Below are positions 34,986-48,706 of a DNA stretch of 64,000 nt, piece by piece. The notes below the pieces were generated by a model. It was not told where the DNA came from. It worked only from the letters and a program-made list of their open reading frames with translations, and ran no database searches. Position 1 is the stretch's first letter. Each line of letters starts with the position of its first letter. Source of the stretch: Balamuthia mandrillaris (lineage: Eukaryota); contig JAVKOQ020000005.1 in the NCBI GenBank assembly GCA_031835245.2, positions 124,001-188,000 of the forward strand, written 5' to 3'. The position numbers and the translations under genes are program-made.

Positions 34986-35470
34986 GGGGACGTCTGCAAA
35001 AAATGGCGGCCGACAGGGTAAATTCGCGTTTCCCTTCCCCCCTTTCCCTTCCCCCTCCGCTCGCCAGCGCCCAAGAGAGAGAAAGAGCGAGAGAGACGAG
35101 AGAAGCGAGAGAGGGCTGCCTTTCTCGTCACCTCTTGTTTTTTTTTTTAAAAAAAATATACATTTTTTTTTTCGTAGTTATTTGCCGAACAACAAAGCGA
35201 CCACCTACTCATTTTTTTTTCCTCTCTCAATCCAATTCCTTTTTATTTATTTTTTTGTATTCTTTCATCGTCAAACATCAAAAACAAATATTTTTTTTCA
35301 CAACTTCCACTGAAGAACTTCTTGTAAGACTTCTCCTTCTTCTTCTTCATCTCGCCCGCATACCCTACTTTTTTTTTCTTGAGCCGCGGCTCTCTCTCTA
35401 CAAGCACTAAAATTAAAGCCGGTCATCCCCTCCTCCTCCTCATTCGGGAGCCGCACAACGGGACCTCAAA

Positions 35471-37525
35471 ATGATGGAGGACGGGCAAGAGGAGGATGCC
35501 AACTACTACTACTGGTACAACAACAATACGATGGACCCATGGCAGCTCCTCATGATGGACGGCTCTTCCTCCTCCGCTGCCGCCGCTGCGCTCTCCTTCC
35601 CTCAGCTGACCGCCTTTTCCGACTCGGAGGACAGCCTTGGCCCCACCACCACAACCACCGAATGCACGCCGCCACAGAATCCACCTCCGCTTTCCTCCTC
35701 TGCTTCCTCCTGCTCTGCCACTGCTCCCTCGGCTTCCTCGTTGCATGGCCAAAGCCGCCATGGAGAAGGGGAGGGGGTGGAAGAGGACGAAACGGACGCT
35801 CTGCTCTCTCCGTTTCGGTGGCAAACTGAAACTCTGTCGGACTCTTCGTCCTCTCCTTCTCCTTCCTCTGCTGCTACTATTTCGGCTGCTGTTTCAGCTT
35901 CCAGGGCTGCTGCCTCGGTGAATCCTGCTGCGCTTCTTCATTCGCCGTCGCTCAAAGAGGAGGAAGAGAAGAATGTCTTGGCGATGATGAGACAAAGCAT
36001 GGAGGAAGCCTCTTCTCAACAGCAGCACCATAGCAAAGCAACGACCACCACAACAGCAATCCCGCAAGCAGAAATGAAGGAGGAAGAAGGGGAGAAGGAA
36101 AGAGAACATGAAGGAGAAATGGAAGAAGAGGAAGAAGAAGAAACCACAATTGCTCGTCTCAGACATTGGCTTTCCTCTTCCTCTTCCACCTCTTCTGTCT
36201 CTTCTTCCTCTTCTCCCTCTTCTTCAGCCGCAACAGCAACCATACCAGCCACAATAGCACCTTCGTGGATGGCCACCGCTTTTCCCATTCACAACATCAA
36301 ACAAGAACAAAGTCCATCAACTATGACAACTTCTTCAGCCTCATCTTCTCTTTCTTTTTCTTCCCCAACGGAGGTTACTGCCGTTGCTGTTCCTTCTATT
36401 TGCCCTTCTTCACTTTCTTCTTCCGCTTCCGCTTTTGCTTCTTCTTTTTTCATAGACACCAATAGCAACAACAATCCCACGCCACCAACTTCCAGCAACG
36501 CCAATGATGAGGGAAGTACTTCCACTTGTCCTTCCTCCGTCTCTTCCTGCAGTTCCTCTTCGCCTGTCTCTCCTGTCTCACCTCCTGGAGGTGGCAACCA
36601 TCATCACTCACAACAACATCAACATTCATCATGTTCTTATGGTTCCCCATCGACTCAACCGCAGCAACAACTTTCGTATCTTGCGACTTGTCCTTGTTGC
36701 AATAACAACACATCAACTGCTCTTTCTGCTTCTTCGTCTTCGTTATCTTGTTCTTCTACATCTTCTTCATTTGTTTCTTGTTGCGGATCTTTTCCTTCTT
36801 CTTTGCCTTCATCTGCATCTTCCTTATCTTCTTCTTTGTCAGGAATGACGACGCCTTTAACCAAAAGAGAACGTGAAGAGGAGGAGAACGATGACGACGA
36901 AGATAACGACGATAACGATGACGAACACAACAACAAGCGAAAGAAGAAGAAAAAGAAGAAAAAGAGAAAGAAAAGAAGAAAGACGCATCATCACCCACAC
37001 CAACCCGATTCCATTCAAGGAGCCGAAACAGAAGAAGAACCAGATGACGAAGCTCAACAATATCAGCAACAGCGGAAAGAAATCGACATTGATAAAGTGA
37101 TTGAAACCACTCGGGAGACTCTGACGAAAAACCTAAACCTTCTGGCGGGCTGGCGGGTCTGCGAGCTACGCGAACAGCTCAAACGATACAACGCCTCCAC
37201 CAAAGGCAGCAAAGTGCAGTTGGTTCAACGGCTCGTTCGCTGTATTTGCCTGTTCTCTTCTCCGTCACCGGAAACGACGATACATCCGTTAGCACAAAAT
37301 ATGAGATACCTGAGTTTGTTCAGAGCGGAACAAGCCTCTTCGTCTCTTCCTTTTCTTCACCCAACATCAACTTCTTCTCTCTCAACGAGCCGAAATGAAC
37401 AACCACCACAAAAAAAGGAGAACACTCACAAGAGCAACCATAAGAAGAAAAAGATGACAAAGAAAGAAAAGAAGAAGGAAAAGAAAAGCAAAATGAAGGA
37501 GAGAAAAGAGAAGAAACATCGTTAA
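35471..37525 (+). CDS. Ser-rich nuclear protein with SAP domain, intronless
   Basis: LAGWRVCELREQLKRYNASTKGSKVQLVQRL fits the SAP consensus; basic NLS-like tracts. Confidence 0.75.
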   Translation: MMEDGQEEDANYYYWYNNNTMDPWQLLMMDGSSSSAAAAALSFPQLTAFSDSEDSLGPTTTTTECTPPQNPPPLSSSASSCSATAPSASSLHGQSRHGEGEGVEEDETDALLSPFRWQTETLSDSSSSPSPSSAATISAAVSASRAAASVNPAALLHSPSLKEEEEKNVLAMMRQSMEEASSQQQHHSKATTTTTAIPQAEMKEEEGEKEREHEGEMEEEEEEETTIARLRHWLSSSSSTSSVSSSSSPSSSAATATIPATIAPSWMATAFPIHNIKQEQSPSTMTTSSASSSLSFSSPTEVTAVAVPSICPSSLSSSASAFASSFFIDTNSNNNPTPPTSSNANDEGSTSTCPSSVSSCSSSSPVSPVSPPGGGNHHHSQQHQHSSCSYGSPSTQPQQQLSYLATCPCCNNNTSTALSASSSSLSCSSTSSSFVSCCGSFPSSLPSSASSLSSSLSGMTTPLTKREREEEENDDDEDNDDNDDEHNNKRKKKKKKKKRKKRRKTHHHPHQPDSIQGAETEEEPDDEAQQYQQQRKEIDIDKVIETTRETLTKNLNLLAGWRVCELREQLKRYNASTKGSKVQLVQRLVRCICLFSSPSPETTIHPLAQNMRYLSLFRAEQASSSLPFLHPTSTSSLSTSRNEQPPQKKENTHKSNHKKKKMTKKEKKKEKKSKMKERKEKKHR

Positions 37526-37591
37526 AGAAAAACACAAAAAAAAAACGTGTACATAACAATGAGATAACAAAAAAAAAAATATAACTTTTTT

Positions 37592-39526
<1,935 letters not shown>

Positions 39527-40109
39527 TCTTTTGTTTCCTTCGCACAAACTTTTGGTAGTTTTTTTTTATCTCAAGTCCCCAAATTCGACCCCTCGTTTAA
39601 GTCGACATATAATAAACCCCCGATAATTTCCCGATCGTCGACAAATAATATATTCCACCAATAAATCCCCCGATTAATGAAATGCCAAGCCCAAACATTG
39701 ATCCCGTCCCGACGCACCATCCAGACTGTCTTTTACCTGCCGCGTGAAAAAACACCCAACCTTGGTTGGACATTTTTTGGTTTTCCCTGCTGTTCCGGAG
39801 ACACAAAAAATTGACACACAAAGCAGAAAGGCGGCGGTGAAGACGAGCGTGTGTCTCTCCTCTCCCCTTCATTTCATTTCCATCGTAGAAACAGAAAAGC
39901 AAAAGAAGTGTAAAAAGCAAAAGGTTCGTTCTCGCTTCACTCTCGGGTTCTCTCGCTCTCCTCACATCTTAGCTCACACACCACGCTCTTTAATCTTTTT
40001 TTGAAAAAAAAAATATAAATAGTTAAACCAGAGGTCGATCCCCTCCGGCCGATAAATCGCATCCGATTGCAAACAAAACAAAACCGGGGAAAAAAAAAAA
40101 AAAAAGAAA

Positions 40110-43100
40110 ATGTCAGGCGAAGGAGGTCCCTCCCCTAGAGGCAAATCCGTGTCCTCCATCCAAGGAAAGCTCAACATCCCTCTCGGGGGCATGCTCCCAC
40201 CCGGCGGCATGATGGGAGGGCCACCGCGCGGAGGCGGTCCAGGAGGGAGAGGAGGGAGAGGAGGAGGAGGAGGAGGAGGAGAAGGAAGAGGAGGTTCCGT
40301 TCAAGTGGTAGGAGGGAGAGGAGGGCCTGGAGCACCAGGCGGACAAGGCGGAGGCGGACCAGCAGAAGGCAGCGTGGGTGCTTTGCTGGCAGCGCGCAGA
40401 GCAGCCAAAGCTGCAGAGGGAGGCTCTCCTGCTGCTCCTCCTTCTGGGGCTATGCTGGGCCCACCGGCAGCCGCTCGTGGCGGAGGAGCAGGGGGGAGGG
40501 GCAAAAGCGTCTCAGCCATCCAGGGCAAACTTAACATCCCGCTCGGCGGTATGATGGGCGGAGGAGGAGGGTCGATGATGATGGGCATGATGGGAGGGCC
40601 GGGAGGACCCTCCATAGCGGAGCTGAAGAGACAAAAGGCGGAGAGGGAGGGCACATTGGTGGCTCAGGATGACTCGGCCAAGAGTATCACTAGTGCCAGT
40701 CTCTCACGTAACGATTCCTGCCCGTTCGTTTTTGTTGTTTTGCAGTTGCTCTTTCTTGTCGTTTCTTTGTTTTGTCACTTCGCTTTCCTTCATCGCTTCT
40801 ATCTCTCTCGCTCTCTCCTCTTTCTCTAACCTTCTCCTTACTGCAACAGCCAGAGGAGCACCAGGAGGCTCACAATTGTATCATCCACAAAGGTCAAAGC
40901 CAAAACGCAAAGGCACAAAGCTGCCGTCCATGTATCCAGTACCACACCCTTCCTTCTCTCAGATCGTAGTCCGAAGTGGCCGTTCCCGTACCACTCCTCC
41001 TCTTCCTTCGCTGTCTGCCAAAGCAGATGAAGAAGAAAGAAGGAAGAAAGAAATGGAAGAGGAGGAAGAAGTGGCTAAGAAAGATCCTCAACAGTTAAGC
41101 GTTAAAGAGATGATGGTTCTTAGACGAAAGGCCAAACGAGAGTCGCTCTCAGTAGAAAACGAAGGAGGAGAGGAAGAAGGAAAGAAGCAAGCATTACCAC
41201 AATTGATGGTGACAACAGCCGAAGCAGCTGCAGAGAATAAAGAAGAAGTGCAGCAGCAACAACAAAAACAGGAACCCGCTGAAAAACAGAAAGAAAAAGC
41301 AGAGGAGGAACAAGTTCAGCAAATCAAAGAGGAACAAGAACAAAAAGAAAGAGAAGAGAAGGAACAAAAGGAAAAAGAGGAGGCAGAAAGGAAAGCAAAA
41401 GCGGAGAAGGAGGAACGAGAAAAAGAAGAGAAGAAGAGGAACGAAAAGGAAGCTGCAGAGAGGAAAGCAAAGGAAGAAGAGGAAAGAAAAGCAAAAGAAG
41501 AGGCAGAAAAGAGAGAAAGAGAAGAGACGGAACAAAAGGAAAAAGAAGAGGCTGAAAGGAAAGCTAAGGAAGAGAAGGAAAGGAAAGAAAAAGCAGAGGC
41601 CGAAAGAAAAGAAAGAGAGGAGAAGGAAAGAAAGGATAGAGAAGAGAAAGAAGCACAAAGATTAAAGGAAGAACACGAGCGTAAGATACGAGAAGAAGAG
41701 GAAGCTGCCAGAGAAGAACAACGCAGGAAAGAAGAGAAAGAACGAAAGGAAAGGGAACGCAAAGAACAAGAAGAGAGAGAAGCCAACGAACGAGAAGAAC
41801 GAGAACAAAGGTTGAAGGAAGAACGAGAGAAGCGAGAACAAGAACGCAAAGAACAGGAAGAAAGAGAAGCCAAAGAACGAGAGGAAAGACGAAAACTCGA
41901 AAAGGAAGAAAGAGAACGAAAGGAAAGAGAACGTAAAGAACGGGAAGAAAGAGAAGCCAAAGAGCGAGAGGAACGAAGAAAACTTGAAAAGGAAGAAAGA
42001 GAAAAAGCGGCGCGAGAACAGAAGGAAAGGGAGGAAAAAGAAGAGCAGGAAAGACAAGAAAGAGAGAGACTGGAACGAGAAGAGAAGAAGCGTCAACTGG
42101 AAGAGGAGTTGGAGAGAAAGAAACGCGAAAGAGAGGAAAAGAAATTGAGGAAGCTGCAAGAGAAATTGGAGAGAGAGAAGAAAGAACAGGAGGAAAGAGA
42201 AAGGCAAGAAAAGGAAGAACGAGAAAGGAAGGAAAGAGAAGAGCAAGAACGCAAAGAAAAGGAAGAACAGGAAAGAAAAGCGCAAGAGGAAAGAGAAAGA
42301 CAAGAACGAGAGGAGCGAGAGAGAAAGAGATTGGAAGAGTTAGAAAGGTTACGAAAGGAAAGAGAAGAAAGGATTCGCATAGAAGAACTGGAAAGAAAGG
42401 AACGATTGGAAAGAGAAGAGCAAGAACGAAGAGAAAAGGAAGAACAGGAGAGGAGAGAAAAGGAAGAGAAGGCAGAACGAGAAAGAAAGGAGAAGGAGGA
42501 GAAGGAAAGGAAAGAGCGAGAGGAACGCGAAGCGGAGGAAAAACGAAGGCAGGAAAAAGCTAAAGAGGAGGAGCAAAAGAGATTGCAGAGAGAAAAAGAA
42601 AAACAAGAATTAGAGCAGCGATTGAAGGAAGAAAGGGAACAAAGAAAAAAAGAAAGAGAAGAACGCGAAAGAAAACTTCGCGAAGAAGAAGAACAAAGAA
42701 GAAAAGAGGCCGAAGAGAAAAGAGAACGAAGAGAGCGAGAGAGAAAAGAGCGAGAGGAGAGAGAAAGAAAAGAGAGAGAAGAACTAGAAAAGCAGTTAGA
42801 AGAAGAACGAGAGAGAAAACGTTTGGAACTGGAGCGAAAGAAGGAAGAAGAGAGGCAAGCAGAGCTGGAACGCATCGAAAGGGAGAAGCAAGAAAGAGAG
42901 GCGAAGAGACTGGAGGAAGAGGAAAGGTTGAGAAAGTTGGAGGAGGAACGCATTCGCATGTTGGAGCAACTGGAAAAAGAAAAGTTGGAGAAGGAGCGAA
43001 AAGAAATGGAGGAAAAGGCAGAAGCTCTTCGCAAGGAAAAAGAAGAGAAAGAAAGGAAGGAAAGAGAACGACTGGAAAGAGAAATGGAGGAGAATCGACA

Positions 43101-44352
43101 AAGACTAGAGGAGCAGAAGAGACTAAAGGAGGAGCGAGAGCGAATGGAGGAGGAGAGAAGAGCCAAGGTGGAGGAACTCGAACGCCAACGCAGACAAATC
43201 GAGAAAGAGAGACGCAAAGAAGAACAGAGAAAGCAAAAAGAACAGGAAGAAATGATGCAACGACAAATCGAAGCAAAACGACAAAGAAGACAAGAAGAGT
43301 TGGTGCAGCGTCGTGAGGAAGAAGACCAAGAAATGGCTCGCTGGGAAGAGCAAATGAAAAAAGCGGAGGAGACACGTCGAGAGGAGGCTCGTCGTCGAGA
43401 AGAAGCTTTAGAAGAGAGCGAAAGAAGAGATCTGCTTCGTGTAATCGGACTTCAGCAAATGCAACTTTCTTTGGAGGAGGAGGAGAACAAGAAATACGTG
43501 GAGGAGGAAGAGCGAATGTTCCGAACGTACGAGGCTGCTCTGGAGGAGTATAAGAAGCTACGTGCCGACCTGTCGAGTGGGCACGAAGCGGAGGAACACT
43601 TGCTAGACGATCTCAACAGCGCCAAAGCTGAGTTCAATCGTGCCAGGAAGCAGCTCGCTCGACGAGAGTCAGACCACTTCTTCTCGGAGAACGAGAAGCA
43701 GCACCTGCAAGTGCAGTTTGAACGTCTGTTGGAGACAACCAAACGAGCGGAGCAACAAGTGAGAACGGCCCAAAAGGAACTTGTGACGAAGAAGAAGGAA
43801 TGCGATGGCCTGCAGATGGATGTCGAAGTGCTTCGCGAGAGACTCAATCTGGAGAGTAACCTTCCAGCCGCCTTGAAGGAGACGACGGAGGAGATCGAGG
43901 AGCTGCTTCGCAAGAATGAGGAACGCAAGGAGGAGATTCGTCGGCTGAAGCAGGAGCTCTTCACTTACAAGTCCGACCCGAGCTTGGCCCGCAAGCAGAG
44001 CGAAATGTTGGAAGAGGAGAATCGACACGTGGAGGAGGAGGTCGACAAGAGGATCCTCGTCAACGATCGCTTGGGGGAGGAGGTGGAGAGGCTGCGCCAG
44101 AAGATCAAGGAGGCCAAGGCGGACGCGGAGGAGATGGCGGAGGACACCCAGAGGCTGCGAAGAGCGAACAGGCAGCTGAGGAGGAGGATCGCGGAGGCGG
44201 ACAGGAGGGAGGAGGAGAGGAGGGAGGAAGAGGAGGAGAGGAGGAGAGGGGAGGATAAGATCCGGGCTGTCCGGGAGGAGATCGAGAGGTTGAAGAAGGT
44301 GATCCAGCAAGAGAGGGAGGCCATCGCGAAGTTGAAGCAAGAGACAAACTGA
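40110..44352 (+). CDS. Large protein: Gly-rich N-terminus, CPI-like motif, long E/R/K single-alpha-helix and coiled coil (intron 40708-40849)
   Basis: In-frame splice joins the two ORFs; several hundred residues are dominated by E, K and R; C-terminal heptads. Confidence 0.85.
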
Positions 44353-44498
44353 TGTTCATTTTCTTGCAGGAAAATAAAACTTTAGAAGGCGCCAAAAGTG
44401 ACCGTTAACAAAACGTTATAGAAAAGGGTTGTTATGTGGCCAAAAGTAAGAACGACGCTTTCAGGAAGAAAGAAAACAAAAAAAAAAAAAAAAGAAAA

Positions 44499-46424
44499 AT
44501 GGTTCAGGGCTCATCGCTGACGGGATGGCCAGCTTGTTGGTGCGGAGCGACTTGCGCGTTACGCTTCGTGAAGAACGAGGGGGCCAACCAAGGACGTCCT
44601 TTCTATGGCTGCGGCCACAACTACGTGGCCGAAGGCGGGTGCGCCTTCTTTCAATGGGCGGATGACAACCCTTCTTCCACCGCTTCCTCCTCTGCTTCCT
44701 CTTCTTTCTCCTCCTCTTCTTCTTATTCTTCTTCCACGCAACACTCCATCAACAGCCTCACGCAAACCTTCTTTCTTCCATTGGTTCAAACCTCCCCCGA
44801 GAACCTCTTGGCCAAAGATCCCAGTCTCGCTGGCTTTGAAGGACATTTCGACGGCCACGGCGTTTCCTATCGCATAAAAGAGAGGGAGAAGGAAGTGGCG
44901 GTCTCCTTTGACTACGACGCCACTTTGATATCGTTGTTCAAAGGGCATGTGAAAGGCCGTCGATGGAATCCAGCCACGAAGGAGTGGACGTGCCCTTTGA
45001 CGTCCTTCCCTCAACTCGAAGCGTTGATGACGTTCCTCGGGTGTGTATTCTATCCCTCCGGTTCGAAAAGTTTGAAGAAAGCTAGTGACGAAGAAGAAGA
45101 AGAAGAAAAAGATGGAATTCGGATTGAAGTCCATCCGTTGAAGCTGATGTGCGAGTTGGAGTTCACTTACGATGCCGATTTGGTGAATGCCATACGCCAG
45201 CTGCATCCTCAACAACGAAAGGTTCGTCGTCTTTGTTGTCATTTCTGGCTTTTATTCGTTCATCCTGTATTAAACAACTTTGTTATGGTTAACAAAAAAA
45301 TAAAGTGGGTGCCAGCAAAGAAGAAATGGGAGGTGGACCTTTCGGCATTATCAGAACTGGTGGAGACCTTCCGACCTTTTCTGCAACAGCCATCCAAAGG
45401 TCTAACAGCCATACAATCTTTCATTAACGAAGAAGAAAGAGGGCTTCTTAGTTCGCTTCATCCTCCTGGGGACATTCCTCTTTCTGCTTCTTCGACAAAC
45501 TATCTTCAGACCATTCGTTCGTTTGAAGAGAATGAAGATGATATCGTAAAAAATGAAGTCGATGATGATGATGATGACGATGAAGAAGGAAGAGATAGTG
45601 ACGAAGAAGACGACGATGAAAACGAAAGAAGAGAAGATAAAGTGTACATCAAAGTTTCGACTCCGCAAAATCAACAAACTGGTCCAACTGCAAAAGTTGT
45701 CGTTTATGACAACAGAATGCCAAAAGTGGAAGAAAAGGAGAAAGAAAGAAAAGAGAAAGATGATGAAGACGATGACGACGAGGTCGTTATCATCAACGTT
45801 TCCGCTCCTCGTTCTTCAGCTCCACAACAAAAACCAACAGTACCTATTTACGATTACAGCAGAAAGAAAGAAGAAGCGAAGCCATGTGGATGTGGAAGAC
45901 CGCACATCAAGATCAACGGCGTTCATATCTGTAGATATTATGGCAGTTTCAAGGTTAGTTCGTTTATGTCTTTTCTTTACTTCTATCAAACAGAAAAGAG
46001 AAAAGAGAAAAGAGAAACGAGAAACGAGAAACGAGAAACAGAGAAACAGAGAAACAGAGAAACAGAGAAACAGAGAAACAGAGAAACAGAGAAAAGAAAC
46101 GAGGAAAGACAAAAGAATGTCCTCCCACATTTGCTGACAAAAACAAAAACGAACAAACGCAACACTAAAAAAAAGTGTGGAGGTTGTGGTAACCGATGGA
46201 CCTCGGCCTACACTTGGGAGGGCGAAACCCAAAAATGTCGTTCCTGCAACCGAGAGGAGAAGCCTTGGAAGAAAGAGCAGCTTCAAGGAGGAGTGGGGAG
46301 CGGCATTCAAGGCCCGCACGACACGGCCCGCTGCGGCATGTGCAAAAGGCTTGGCTACGATTGTTCGTTGAGAGGTTCTCCAGAGTATTCCTCTTATGAG
46401 TTCTATAACGACTATAGATTCTAA
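44499..46424 (+). CDS. GRF zinc finger, two HARP-like domains and 3CxxC zinc-binding domain (ZCCHC24/ZAR1-type)
   Basis: CWCG..NQGRPFYGC..CAFFQWAD; FDYDATLISLFK..GRRWNPATKEW and FTYDADLVNAIRQL..W..KKKWEV; YGSFK/CGGCGNRWTS..QKCRSC..HDTARCGMC.RLG..C. Confidence 0.8.
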   Translation: MVQGSSLTGWPACWCGATCALRFVKNEGANQGRPFYGCGHNYVAEGGCAFFQWADDNPSSTASSSASSSFSSSSSYSSSTQHSINSLTQTFFLPLVQTSPENLLAKDPSLAGFEGHFDGHGVSYRIKEREKEVAVSFDYDATLISLFKGHVKGRRWNPATKEWTCPLTSFPQLEALMTFLGCVFYPSGSKSLKKASDEEEEEEKDGIRIEVHPLKLMCELEFTYDADLVNAIRQLHPQQRKVRRLCCHFWLLFVHPVLNNFVMVNKKIKWVPAKKKWEVDLSALSELVETFRPFLQQPSKGLTAIQSFINEEERGLLSSLHPPGDIPLSASSTNYLQTIRSFEENEDDIVKNEVDDDDDDDEEGRDSDEEDDDENERREDKVYIKVSTPQNQQTGPTAKVVVYDNRMPKVEEKEKERKEKDDEDDDDEVVIINVSAPRSSAPQQKPTVPIYDYSRKKEEAKPCGCGRPHIKINGVHICRYYGSFKVSSFMSFLYFYQTEKRKEKRETRNEKRETEKQRNRETEKQRNRETEKRNEERQKNVLPHLLTKTKTNKRNTKKKCGGCGNRWTSAYTWEGETQKCRSCNREEKPWKKEQLQGGVGSGIQGPHDTARCGMCKRLGYDCSLRGSPEYSSYEFYNDYRF

Positions 46425-46594
46425 TTTATGAAAGAAAGCGATGAAAATACTAAAAAAACAAAGAGAAACAGAGTGAAAGAGAAAAGACAGAAAGAAAACA
46501 TCAAAAGAAGAAACGAAAAGAAGCGTTACTGTCTACAAAAGAAAAAAAAGCTGTATTTCATGTCACTTTTTGCTTGTTTGATGGTTGGGTGATT

Positions 46595-48341
46595 TTACTT
46601 ATTGGACCATTTTGGCTTTCTTCTTTCGAGAAATGCACTTACGCCCTCCTGTCCTGACTCTGAAACTCTTGCTTTCGCTATTCTGCTCGCTAAGTCACTG
46701 TTTGTGGTTCGTTATTTGGTGTTAAGGAGAGAACAAAGGACAGAGCAAACTTGAAAGGAAGAAAGCGAGTTAACCTCTTCATGCCAAGAGGATTGGTGCC
46801 ATAGCTCTGCGAGACCGTTCGAATGAGGTTCTTGCAGGACCTCATAGCTACCGGCGAGTTATTCAGCATCTCCTTGCCCAACAGCGTCTCCAACAGGTAC
46901 TCGTCCAACTTCTCCACACTCTCAAAGTAAGCCGATATCAAACCGATTCTCTTGGCCTCCTCCGCTCCGAATCGCTCTCCTGTAAGAAAGTATCTGGAGG
47001 CGTGGGTCTTGCCTATCTTCTCCATGACGAAGGGAGAGATGACGGCTGGAATGAGGCCCAGTTTGACTTCGGTGAAACCGAATTGGGCGGTAGAGACGGA
47101 GAAAGCAAAGTCGCAGACAGAAACTAGCCCTGAGCCTTAATTTTTTAGTTTTGTAGGTTTTAGTTAGAAAGAAATGGAATAAAGAGAAGAAGGAAGATAA
47201 GACAGGCAAAAAAAAAAGAATGAAAAAACGGATGAAGTAAAAAGAAAGCAGCAAACAGCGAGCAGAAATAAGAAAGGAGAAGAAAGAGATTTGCAGAGGA
47301 GAAGAGAAGAAGAGAAAAGAGAAGCAGCAGCAGAAGCAGAAGCAGAAGCAGAAGCAGAAGCAGAAGCAGAAGCAGAAGCAGAAGCAGAAGCAGAAGGCGA
47401 AGAACAAGAACAAGAACAAGAACAAGAACAAGAACAAGAACAAGAACAAGAACAAGAACAAGAACAAGAACAAGAACAAGAACAAGAACAAGAACAAGAA
47501 CAAGAAGAAGAACAAGAACAAGAACAAGAACAAGAACAAGAACAAGAAGAGAAGAAAGAAACAACAACAACAAGAAGAAAAAGAAGAAGAGAAAAAAAGA
47601 AAAGAAAGAACGAAAGAAGAAAGCAGAAAGAAAGAGCAAGGAAGAAACCTCCTCCAAGGGCAGAGCCGTTCACTCGCCCAATTACAGGAATAGGGCAGGA
47701 CTGAATGGTGTGGAACATGTCAAACAGCTCATAAGAGTCTTTCTCATTCTGTTCTTGAGTATAGTTTATCATCTTCTTCATCCAGTTGAGGTCCGCCCCA
47801 GCAGAGAAGGACGGCCCTTCCCCTGTCAATACCACCATATCACACTATGAAAAGAACAAAAGAGAGTTAGAAATGGAGTGAAGGATGAAAAGAACTACCA
47901 ATGGAAGATAAGAAGAGAAGAGAACGACGAAGAGAAGAGAATAGAACGATGAAAGAGAGAGAGCCAAAAAGGAAGGATCAGACTCACTGGAGCAGTGCCT
48001 TTGTTGACTTGCTCTTCAATCTGGGCAAAGGCCTTGGTGATGTCTTGTATGACAAACTCGTTGAAGGCGTTGTGCGTTTTTGGACGGTTCAGAGTGACCC
48101 AACGGACCTTCCCTTTGTCCTCCACATTCACGAAGCTCTCCCTTTCCTGGCCGTCGCTGCTGGCGCAGAAGAAACGGGCAGAAGCAAAGCTTGTCCTTAG
48201 TTTGGCGGCGTCGGCGAAAGCAGGAGCACAAGCAAAGCAGCTTTTCCTGTTGTTGCTGCCGCCACCTTTGGCTAACGCGAGGAAACGCCCAGCAGCGGGA
48301 GAAGGACTGGTTCTGCCAACCAACAGGGCAAACGTGGCCAT
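46595..48341 (-). CDS. Mitochondrial enoyl-CoA hydratase, methylglutaconyl-CoA hydratase (LiuC)-like (multi-exon)
   Basis: Transit-peptide-like N-terminus; TLNRPKTHNAFNE, FSAGADLNWM, NGSALGG, FTEVKLGLIPAVISP, GQEGVSAFLE..KP.W. Confidence 0.9.
47330..47548. repeat. Intronic (AGAAGC)n and (AAGAAC)n hexamer repeats
   Basis: Direct reading. Confidence 0.95.
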
Positions 48342-48461
48342 CCCTCACACTTATTTTTTTTTCTTCTTTGTTGTTTTTAACAATGCAAATGAATTTTTTT
48401 TTTGTGAGTTATTCTATATATTTAAATATATACTTAATTTGGGTTCAATTAGCTCACGTCG

Positions 48462-48534
48462 TCTTCTGTAGCTTAGTCGGTAGAGCGTCTGACTGTTAAT
48501 CAGGAGGTCGTTGGTTCGAACCCAACCAGAAGAG
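48462..48534 (+). tRNA. tRNA-Asn (GTT)
   Basis: Acceptor stem TCTTCTG/CAGAAGA, D arm GCTTAGTCGGTAGAGC, anticodon arm TCTGA-CTGTTAA-TCAGG, T arm GTTGG-TTCGAAC-CCAAC; downstream T run. Confidence 0.97.
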
Positions 48535-48543
48535 ATATTTATA

Positions 48544-48550
48544 CTTTTTT
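48544..48550 (+). terminator. Pol III oligo-T terminator of tRNA-Asn
   Basis: T6 run about 10 nt after the tRNA 3' end. Confidence 0.7.
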
Positions 48551-48706
48551 GCAAATTACTCACATTGCGCTCTACATATTATGTTGGACTTGTGGACTAG
48601 TTGATCTTCCTTTTGATCTGTGCGGTTTGAAATCTGATTGGAAGACTCCAAAAATTAATTAAATCTGCACCACAAAAAAAAAAAAGCACAAAAAAAAAAA
48701 GAGGGC

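Noticed and set aside
39581..40045. Further B-box-like sites (aattcgacccc, aggtcgatccc; also tgtttgactcc at about 1462)
   Set aside because: Each mismatches a conserved B-box position; too weak to count.
41194..44340. Many hydrophobic minus-strand ORFs
   Set aside because: Antisense shadows of the E/K/R-rich gene.
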